A stretch of DNA of 27,659 nt from a virus (Duplodnaviria; Caudoviricetes): positions 1 through 27,659 of IMG/VR virus record IMGVR_UViG_3300005573_001228. One strand, given 5' to 3'. The notes beneath the pieces are model-generated. The model had not been told where the DNA came from. It did not search any database and saw nothing but the letters and a program-made list of their open reading frames with translations. Made by a program: the position numbers and the translations under genes. Shown here one piece after another: positions 8,728-14,928 of the stretch (position 1 is its first letter; every line of letters begins with the position of its first letter).

Positions 8728-10137
8728 TCACTCATTTTTTAATCCCACTTTACCCTTATCCACCAATGGAGTGGGAGGCTTAAACGGTGCATAACGGGCT
8801 GCGTAAACCGCTAAAGCCGTAGCCCAAAACACATCATCATGTGAGCCTTCTGGATGGCTGAAGCGGATGTGTCCCGTCTTCATAAGCTCATATTTTTCAA
8901 TGTTTAATTCTGCACATAAGTCAATATCTTGTCTTTTTCTGACGGGCTCGTAGGGAATAAGGAACTCTTTTACCCTCATCTTTTCCCTTAAAACTGTCGC
9001 CATGTCTTCCTTGCTCTGCAAAGTGAAGGTGACGCCGGTTACGCTGGTAATACCGCTATTTTGCATGTCCTCCACAATGTAGCCGCCAACTCCAGTGACG
9101 TCAGCGTATATTTCATGGATTGTTTTCCATCTGTCTTGTAGGCTTTTTATGTAGCCTATTACGCTGGCGTATTCCGTGTTTAATGGGAAACGGTGAACAT
9201 GGACAAGTTTAATTAAACTATTCGTGAATTTTTGGACAACTACAACAACACTATAATCTTGTTGTTTGCCGAAGTCGACGCCAACGTAAAAGTCTCCTTG
9301 AGGCTGCTCGTGGAAATCGTAGGGCTGAAGGTTTGCGTCAATACATGAAGTTATTAAGCTTTGAGTGAGCCAAGCGTCAATGTCTTCGACAAATTTGCTT
9401 TCAAACTCGCGCTGAAACCGTTCTGCAGGGATGCTTTGACGCATTTCTTCAACAAATTCTGGTTTTACAAGTTTAGCGTCAACCACGTCTTTCCATGTGG
9501 CTACATGTTGGCTGTATTCGGGGTTCATGCACATTCTGTAGAAGACGCTGTCTGTGCTCCATGGTGTGCTGCTGACGATAAGTATGCCGTCTGTTGTGCT
9601 TAGCATGGGCATAAGCACATTATAAAACACAAGCTCATCATCACGGAAAAAGGCAGCCTCATCGCAGATGACTTGGTGAGCAGTGTAACCCCTTAACAAC
9701 TGTGGACTGTTGGGAAGGGCTACGATGCGACTGCCGTTTTTGAAGCGGATAACCGTTCGCTGCAGTTTATCAATAATCGCTTTACGCGAACCCTTCGGGA
9801 TGCTCATTAAGAAATCTTGGAGTCTATCAGCCAAAATCATGCTTTGCCTTAGGCTTGGCGCAACTATAAGCGTAAGTGTTTTGGGATGTTTAAGCGCATA
9901 CCATATTGCCCTTAAGGCGAGGGTTGTTGTTTTTCCAGCTTGCCTACTGAAACGGACAACTATGCGTTTTTTGTTGTCCCTTAAAAGTGCCATTTGATAA
10001 GGTGTAGGTGTAAACTTGAACCATTCTTGGCAAAATTTGACTGGGTCATCGGGGACCTCAAGCTTTGTTTTTTGCTGTTCGCCTTCTTCAAGTGACTGGA
10101 GTTCCCGCTCCAGTTTGTCCAAGTCGCTTTTTGACAT
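8728..10137 (-). CDS. terL: Terminase large subunit
   Basis: SRQAGKTT Walker A, ICDEAAF Walker B, SSTP coupling motif, GVDFG and HDD RNase H-like nuclease motifs. Confidence 0.95.
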   Translation of the reverse strand: MSKSDLDKLERELQSLEEGEQQKTKLEVPDDPVKFCQEWFKFTPTPYQMALLRDNKKRIVVRFSRQAGKTTTLALRAIWYALKHPKTLTLIVAPSLRQSMILADRLQDFLMSIPKGSRKAIIDKLQRTVIRFKNGSRIVALPNSPQLLRGYTAHQVICDEAAFFRDDELVFYNVLMPMLSTTDGILIVSSTPWSTDSVFYRMCMNPEYSQHVATWKDVVDAKLVKPEFVEEMRQSIPAERFQREFESKFVEDIDAWLTQSLITSCIDANLQPYDFHEQPQGDFYVGVDFGKQQDYSVVVVVQKFTNSLIKLVHVHRFPLNTEYASVIGYIKSLQDRWKTIHEIYADVTGVGGYIVEDMQNSGITSVTGVTFTLQSKEDMATVLREKMRVKEFLIPYEPVRKRQDIDLCAELNIEKYELMKTGHIRFSHPEGSHDDVFWATALAVYAARYAPFKPPTPLVDKGKVGLKNE

Positions 10138-10414
10138 CTTCCATCATCCTTTTAAGCCGTTGAATGTCCTCGTTGAATCTGACTTGGTCCATACTGTCTA
10201 AAACTTTGTTGAGGACTTGGCTGATGTAAGCGCATGTTTTTGCGTCGCTTTCTTCGTATGCTTTTTTGAGCATTTTTTCGAGTGTTTTTATTATTTTTTC
10301 TCGTTTTTTCTGTGTGTCCACCCAGTCGAAATAAAGGAAGTTTGCGATGTTTTTGAGGAATTCGGCGTTTTTTGGGTTTTTTGGCACCCTACCCCCCCTA
10401 TACCTTCTTTCCAT
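10088..10414 (-). CDS. Probable terminase small subunit
   Basis: Small helical basic protein overlapping the terL start; positional inference. Confidence 0.5.
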   Translation of the reverse strand: MERRYRGGRVPKNPKNAEFLKNIANFLYFDWVDTQKKREKIIKTLEKMLKKAYEESDAKTCAYISQVLNKVLDSMDQVRFNEDIQRLKRMMEDVKKRLGQTGAGTPVT

Positions 10415-10877
10415 ATTGAAGGGTGAACGTGTATGTTACCGTCGGCATGTTCATGTAAAGCCTTACATGTTTAAACTTTAAACCCTTATACGGCACAAGC
10501 ACCTTTTTTTCTGGAACATCCACATGAATGCCTAAGACACGCATAACGTCTAAACCAAGTATGGGTGTGAAGCCTTCATCGTAAATTGTCCAAGTGTAAA
10601 GTTTTCTTCCGCCAATCTCCACGACGATGTAGCTGGCTTTTACACGTTTTGTGCTGCCATCAGCCAAGCCCACATCAACACTGCCGTTAGCCTCTAAACC
10701 TAACTCCTTAGCAAGTTTTTCGCTTATGGCGCAGCCGCTTGCTCCAGTGTCGACGAGAAACTCAGTTTTCTTGGTTTTTTTAGGGTCCAATGGGTTAGTT
10801 ACTTTCACATTTACGAATATGTAGTCTTCATTTTTTATATGTCTGACATGAAATTTTTGCATGCTGAAAAACCTCAA
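10398..10877 (-). CDS. Clan AA (retropepsin-like) aspartic protease
   Basis: FLVDTGAS catalytic motif, LADG flap, ILGLDVM motif. Confidence 0.88.
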   Translation of the reverse strand: MRFFSMQKFHVRHIKNEDYIFVNVKVTNPLDPKKTKKTEFLVDTGASGCAISEKLAKELGLEANGSVDVGLADGSTKRVKASYIVVEIGGRKLYTWTIYDEGFTPILGLDVMRVLGIHVDVPEKKVLVPYKGLKFKHVRLYMNMPTVTYTFTLQYGKKV

Positions 10878-10880
10878 CTT

Positions 10881-11222
10881 TTAATCGTTCCCCTCATGCT
10901 CCATAGTTGTGTTAAGAAGTCGTGAAAACTTTAAAATGTCTAAAACATGTTGAAACTCTTTTTCTGCAACTTTATATTCCACTAACAGTTTGAAAAGCGG
11001 GTAATTCTCACGCAGCTCAGTGAGGAATGTTACTGTGGCAATAAGAAAGGCTGTTATAACTGTTATTATTGTAATTTGCTGCGTGTTTTGAAGTTGCGCT
11101 GCGAGGCTGCTTAAAAAAACGATTAGGCTACTGTAGAAAGCGTTAAGTAATGCTTTTTTAAGTGTGGTTTTGATGAGGAGTTTGTAAATGTGAATTTTAT
11201 GGAAGAAACGTTTTAAGGGCAT
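10881..11222 (-). CDS. Membrane protein (two TM helices)
   Basis: Two hydrophobic segments AFYSSLIVFLSSLAA and ITIITVITAFLIATVTFL. Confidence 0.6.
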   Translation of the reverse strand: MPLKRFFHKIHIYKLLIKTTLKKALLNAFYSSLIVFLSSLAAQLQNTQQITIITVITAFLIATVTFLTELRENYPLFKLLVEYKVAEKEFQHVLDILKFSRLLNTTMEHEGND

Positions 11223-11252
11223 TTCAAAACCTTGAATTTACTTTTATACTTT

Positions 11253-11396
11253 TCAACCCTTTGAAACAAACCGTGCTGCTTTCTCATAGGTCCACCATGT
11301 GCATTTCAAGTCGCAACGGTTTTGGCGGACAATACAGTTTTTGGCGTGGCATTCGTTTTCTGTTAATAAATTCTTTGTTAATGTTTCAATGGGCAA
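11253..11396 (-). CDS. Small Cys-containing hypothetical protein (47 aa)
   Basis: AAGGTG RBS then TTG; MPIETLTKNLLTENECHAKNCIVRQNRCDLKCTWWTYEKAARFVSKG. Confidence 0.45.
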   Translation of the reverse strand: MPIETLTKNLLTENECHAKNCIVRQNRCDLKCTWWTYEKAARFVSKG

Positions 11397-11449
11397 TTTT
11401 TAAGCACCTTGCGAGTGGATTGACAAGTCTCTATTTCACCTTTTCTGGA

Positions 11450-11560
11450 TGCTATCCCGCAAGCCTTTGCCCGCAGACGGTTTTCAAGAAAACCGCCAAA
11501 CTGGGATATGTCTATTAACTTGGGCCGTGGTGCGACCCCTTAAGGCAAAGGCTTGTCTCG
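11450..11560. ncRNA. Candidate structured RNA element A
   Basis: 12-bp inverted repeat CAAGCCTTTGCC/GGCAAAGGCTTG enclosing CGCA/TGCG and a CGGTTTTC/GAAAACCG hairpin; intergenic. Confidence 0.45.
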
Positions 11561-11576
11561 GGGCTGAAAGTTAAAA

Positions 11577-11715
11577 AGGGATGTGAGGGGAAAATGTTTT
11601 GACCCGACGCTGAGGAAGCAGAGAGTTATTAAGCCAACATTATAATAATGTGCCGATACGCTCGGCTGGGCGTTTCTCGCTTCCTTTGCCCCGCAAAAAA
11701 TGCCCCTCACTCCCT
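11577..11715. ncRNA. Candidate structured RNA element B
   Basis: Nested stems AGGGA-T-GTGAGGGG/CCCCTCAC-TCCCT and AGGAAGC-A-GAGA/TCTC-GCTTCCT; hairpins ACATTA/TAATGT and GCCGA/TCGGC. Confidence 0.5.
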
Positions 11716-11749
11716 CAATAGTTGCTTTGACTGAAATGTAAAAACCGTT

Positions 11750-12145
11750 TTATGAGGCTCTTTTTTGAATTGCAACCAGATAAATCTCGTTTTTTGTAAG
11801 CCTATTTCGGTCAAGTTTACGTTTATGATATGAGTTTAATGCTTGTAATCTATGCATTTCTTTATCGCATTGTTTGCAGTATTTTGGTTTTCTGCCTTTC
11901 CCATTCCAGCTTATTTGTTGCCCGCAAATTTTGCAGAAAATAGCCTTTTCATGTTTAATAAGCGGGTTCTCTGGGTCCTCTTCGCTTGCATACCTTTCAC
12001 GGTCAGTAACGTCAACAACTAAACCGCAAACGGTGCAGACAACTTCATATATGCCTTCTTCGGATGTTGGTGCTAAAACAAGTTTTCCGCCGCATTCTGG
12101 ACATACTTTAAACATATTTATATGCCTCAAGAAATATCTAAACAT
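11750..12145 (-). CDS. Zn-finger protein with TFIIB-type Zn ribbon plus a second C4 finger; possible late-gene regulator
   Basis: CPECGG...EVVCTVCGLVV and CKICG...CKQC. Confidence 0.7.
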   Translation of the reverse strand: MFRYFLRHINMFKVCPECGGKLVLAPTSEEGIYEVVCTVCGLVVDVTDRERYASEEDPENPLIKHEKAIFCKICGQQISWNGKGRKPKYCKQCDKEMHRLQALNSYHKRKLDRNRLTKNEIYLVAIQKRAS

Positions 12146-12210
12146 AAAGAATATGTTTAAATGAATATAAACTTTTCGCTAAAAATCTAAACTTGTTTAA
12201 ATTTCCATTT

Positions 12211-12528
12211 TCAACGAGCCTTTTCCCAGTCTTCCCAATCGAACATGTGCGGGCAAATACCACCTATAATATCTTTAATGACATTGTCAAGTTTATTGCA
12301 TACTTTTTTACCTGCAACCTTATAGACAACAGCATGCAACTCTTCATGTTTAATCACGTAAAGTGTTGTGTAAAAGTTGTGGGGTTTGTCGTAGATTTCG
12401 TTTGGAAAGGGATTGTTGAAAATATAACATGTGTCGCTGTTCCAGTCGTATAAGCCGAAAACTCCGTATTTTTTGGCAAGGCGGCTGACTTTTTTGATGA
12501 GGGGTGTATGTTCAAAGCGAAATTCCAT
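12211..12528 (-). CDS. Small HExxH metallopeptidase-like protein
   Basis: GLYD...IKHEELHAVV motif. Confidence 0.55.
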   Translation of the reverse strand: MEFRFEHTPLIKKVSRLAKKYGVFGLYDWNSDTCYIFNNPFPNEIYDKPHNFYTTLYVIKHEELHAVVYKVAGKKVCNKLDNVIKDIIGGICPHMFDWEDWEKAR

Positions 12529-12589
12529 TTTGTTCCAACCGTAGGAATTTTTAAGGGTGATTTTTCAAAAAAAAGGAGGGGGTGTTTAT

Positions 12590-13411
12590 TCAAGCAGCAA
12601 CTATTTTATCAGCAATATGCGGGCATGGATAAAGAAAGTGCCAGAACCGCAATCTACCATCCACATCAACGAACATTATTACGCCGCCGATGTCTGGTTG
12701 AAACTTGAAATACCACCTTACAGCCTGCTCGTATGGAACGAAGGCTTGCCAACATGGAAGGCTAATGTAGTGTAAGTCATATTTGTGGATTTCAACGAAA
12801 CTATGTCTATGTCCACGCACTATTGCATGTGTTTTGTAAAGTTTACCCAACGCTTCAGCTTCTTTTTCGAACATTATATCTCGGGATAGGCTTGTTTCTG
12901 GGTAGACAAGGGCTTCTGTGGTTTGATGTGCAAGGTTAACAATTTTGTCTGTTGGCTCCAACCTAATGTTTGCGATGGCTCCGTAAAATTTGCCGCCTAA
13001 ATGTTTTGCGATGCTTTCATGTATGCGGAAATCTCTGCTTTCGTGGTATTGGCTTCCGCTAAAGACGCCGACGTTTCGGTTTTTGCATAAGGGTTCAAGT
13101 AGGGTTTCGGCTCCTTTGCATTGTTCGTTTAAATCGGTTGTCATCATGTGTAGTCCACATTCTTTTGGGTTTACGCCTGCGCATACGTCGCCTAAAATGA
13201 AGATGGTGTCAACGTTTAGTTCGTTGCATGTTTTAACGAAGTTGTTCCAGTGTTTTAAGAGTTCTTTTTGGCCTTGGTTTGCCATTTTTGAAAGGTTTGT
13301 GCCTTCTTCGGTTTCCCAGTTTTCGGGGCATACTGCGTAGCGGCTGCCTACGTGGAGGTCGCTTATTAGGGCTATTACGCGGGCGTATTCGTGCACGAGT
13401 TTTACGGTCAT
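12590..13411 (-). CDS. Calcineurin-like metallophosphoesterase
   Basis: SDLHVG, LGD, GSQYHE, AH and GHRH metal-binding motifs. Confidence 0.88.
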   Translation of the reverse strand: MTVKLVHEYARVIALISDLHVGSRYAVCPENWETEEGTNLSKMANQGQKELLKHWNNFVKTCNELNVDTIFILGDVCAGVNPKECGLHMMTTDLNEQCKGAETLLEPLCKNRNVGVFSGSQYHESRDFRIHESIAKHLGGKFYGAIANIRLEPTDKIVNLAHQTTEALVYPETSLSRDIMFEKEAEALGKLYKTHAIVRGHRHSFVEIHKYDLHYISLPCWQAFVPYEQAVRWYFKFQPDIGGVIMFVDVDGRLRFWHFLYPCPHIADKIVAA

Positions 13412-13414
13412 TTT

Positions 13415-14443
13415 TTATATCCCTCCTAAAGTTTTTTCTTTTTGCGGTGTTAAACTGTTATAGTGTTGGGGGGTTACGCGAAAATCCAAACCATAAGGGG
13501 TGTCGCTTTCAAAAGTTCCATCGGTTCGGAAACCATTCTCCGTTCCGCTTTCAACTCTATCGTCGGTTTTTTGGTTCACGCAACCCTCACACGTTGCCCG
13601 ACACAAATCCAAACCAACAGTTTCATCGCTTTCATCGTGGCTTTCGGTTTGGCAACCATTATTTAAATCGCTTTCAACCATGTTGTCGGTTTTTTGGTGT
13701 GTCGGGCATGTTACGTTACGCAAATCCAAACCATTTCCGTCGTCGCTTTCAATTGATGCTTCGGTTTGGAAACCAGCTGGATGATCGCTTTCATCGTATG
13801 TTTCGGTTTTTTGGTGCGCAACGTAACCATAATACAAATCTCGAATCAAACATTTCACTGTAATAATCAACGCCCGCTTATGCGCATGAAAACGCTTAAT
13901 TCCCCTCTCCAACTCTAACTGTTTCCGCTTAACATAAACTTTATAATATTTTCCTTGCCGCCCAGAATGCTTAATCAACTGTTCACCTAAACCGTTCTTT
14001 CCAATAAGAAAACTTCGCCCCTCAGGGTCAAAACCGCATTTTTCACCATGTTTTTTATGGGGAAGTTTGCCTTTTTCATTAGGTGCCAACCCGTAATATT
14101 TGTAAATTGCCCGCAAAGAACGCCAATTTTTACTATAAATCAAATTGACCAGAAACGCTGAAGCTACGGGCCCAATTTTTAAATCTTTAAGAAACTCTTC
14201 GTACACAGCAAATTGTGGAAGCACACGCTTCATATCTTTAATTAATTCACGTTTCATTTCTTCTTGTGTTTTCGGCATGTGCCAAAAGTATATTTTACCC
14301 AAATGTTGAGTGTCAAAATGATTAAGTCTTAATTCGGTGCTTATTTTCATTTTTTTAACGTCAACATAGCTTTCAAATATTGATTTAAGCAATTTTAGAT
14401 TCGTGTTAAAATCATTCATTTTTGGTTTTCCTCTCTGTCCCAT
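13415..14443 (-). CDS. TasA-like Nop-domain RNA-guided protein (IS110/Nop5-related, no RuvC or HNH). The unspliced ORF reads through the array; removing the first intron ends it at ...HQNCVT* (215 aa from 14443)
   Basis: Coiled-coil N-terminus, LKIGPVASAFLV, AIYKYYGLAP, and YYKVY..RK....HAHKRA....K.LIRDLY patterns; no DEDD domain; abuts a dual-spacer array. Confidence 0.8.
   Translation of the reverse strand: MGQRGKPKMNDFNTNLKLLKSIFESYVDVKKMKISTELRLNHFDTQHLGKIYFWHMPKTQEEMKRELIKDMKRVLPQFAVYEEFLKDLKIGPVASAFLVNLIYSKNWRSLRAIYKYYGLAPNEKGKLPHKKHGEKCGFDPEGRSFLIGKNGLGEQLIKHSGRQGKYYKVYVKRKQLELERGIKRFHAHKRALIITVKCLIRDLYYGYVAHQKTETYDESDHPAGFQTEASIESDDGNGLDLRNVTCPTHQKTDNMVESDLNNGCQTESHDESDETVGLDLCRATCEGCVNQKTDDRVESGTENGFRTDGTFESDTPYGLDFRVTPQHYNSLTPQKEKTLGGI
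13484..13568 (-). other. 85-nt BHB intron carrying guide units 5-6
   Basis: Outer GGGTTGCGTGAA/TTCGCGTAACCC, central CCAA/TTGG, bulges AAA and ATT, inner ACC/GGT. Confidence 0.82.
13607..13691 (-). other. 85-nt BHB intron carrying guide units 3-4
   Basis: Outer TGCCCGACACA/TGTGTCGGGCA (perfect 11 bp), central CCAA/TTGG, bulges AAA and ATT, inner ACC/GGT. Confidence 0.82.
13724..13808 (-). other. 85-nt BHB intron carrying guide units 1-2
   Basis: Outer GTTACGTTGCGCA/TGCGTAACGTAAC, central CCAA/TTGG, bulges AAA and ATT, inner ACC/GGT. Confidence 0.82.
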
Positions 14444-14640
14444 TTGTATGACTGTAAAGTTTCTTTTCGGTCATCCCAAACCAACATGCCACCATGACAT
14501 TTCGGGCACATTTCATGGTTGTTCAGTTTTTTTGTTAATGGAAAAATTGTTTTGCAGTTGTCGCATCGCAAAAAGAAGCCGTGTTTGCTTCGGTTTGGGT
14601 TTGTGCCGACTTCGCAGGAGCCTTTATTGCAATCACTCAT
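14416..14640 (-). CDS. Small Zn-ribbon protein
   Basis: CDNC...CPKC; operon-like overlaps with both neighbours. Confidence 0.6.
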   Translation of the reverse strand: MSDCNKGSCEVGTNPNRSKHGFFLRCDNCKTIFPLTKKLNNHEMCPKCHGGMLVWDDRKETLQSYKWDREENQK

Positions 14641-14926
14641 ATTTTTCGCCTCTGGCTTCCAACCAACTACTCAACAAATAACATTTTGGACTGTGATGTT
14701 GAAGGCAATTTGGAAAACTTAGGCATTGTATGGGTTTGCCGCTTACAATTTTTCCGTGTAGTTGCTGCGGGTTTTCAAGGATTATTGTTGTTGTTTGTTG
14801 GGTGGCGGGACAAAAAGTTTCCACGCAATAAAGATATGTGGGTGGAGGCGTGTTTTTGTGTTGTAGGTAAACGTTGAGCATGTCATCTTTATGGTTCCAC
14901 CGTTTTTTACCACGCAACTTAGCCAT
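14633..14926 (-). CDS. Hypothetical protein (likely start MAKLRG)
   Basis: GAGGTGA RBS precedes the ATG just after the ATPase stop; part of ORF 14633-15016. Confidence 0.45.
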   Translation of the reverse strand: MAKLRGKKRWNHKDDMLNVYLQHKNTPPPTYLYCVETFCPATQQTTTIILENPQQLHGKIVSGKPIQCLSFPNCLQHHSPKCYLLSSWLEARGEKYE

Positions 14927-14928
14927 TT

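Larger units (their letters stand above)
13471..13827 (-). ncRNA. TIGR-like array: six units ACCGA-N9-TGAAAGCG(A/G)-N9-TGGTT, arranged as three two-unit cassettes
   Basis: Spacer A/B pairs: AACATACGA/TCATCCAGC, AGCATCAAT/CGACGGAAA, CAACATGGT/TTTAAATAA, AAGCCACGA/TGAAACTGT, CGATAGAGT/AACGGAGAA, TGGAACTTT/CACCCCTTA; all exactly 9 nt and all different. Confidence 0.88.

Noticed and set aside
8633-8735. 33-aa ORF between terL and the endonuclease as a 5' exon of a large endonuclease-containing intron
   Set aside because: No complementary boundary sequence or BHB found pairing it with the 8140 region
11450-11560. Twister or hammerhead ribozyme assignment
   Set aside because: Only fragmentary resemblance (TAA, GGCCCAAG); the catalytic core consensus could not be completed by eye
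12543-12560. Possible self-target of guide unit 6 (AGGAATTTTTAAGGGTGA vs TGGAACTTTTAAGGGGTG)
   Set aside because: Only 13/18 identity in AT-rich sequence; compatible with chance
13471-13827. CRISPR array or ordinary protein tandem repeat
   Set aside because: Repeats are 9-15 nt and alternate with fixed 9-nt variable blocks, no cas genes are present, and conservation is at the nucleotide and base-pairing level
13830-14443. IS110 transposase / insertion sequence
   Set aside because: No N-terminal DEDD RuvC-like domain and no recognisable catalytic Ser motif; the adjacent dual-spacer array fits TasA better
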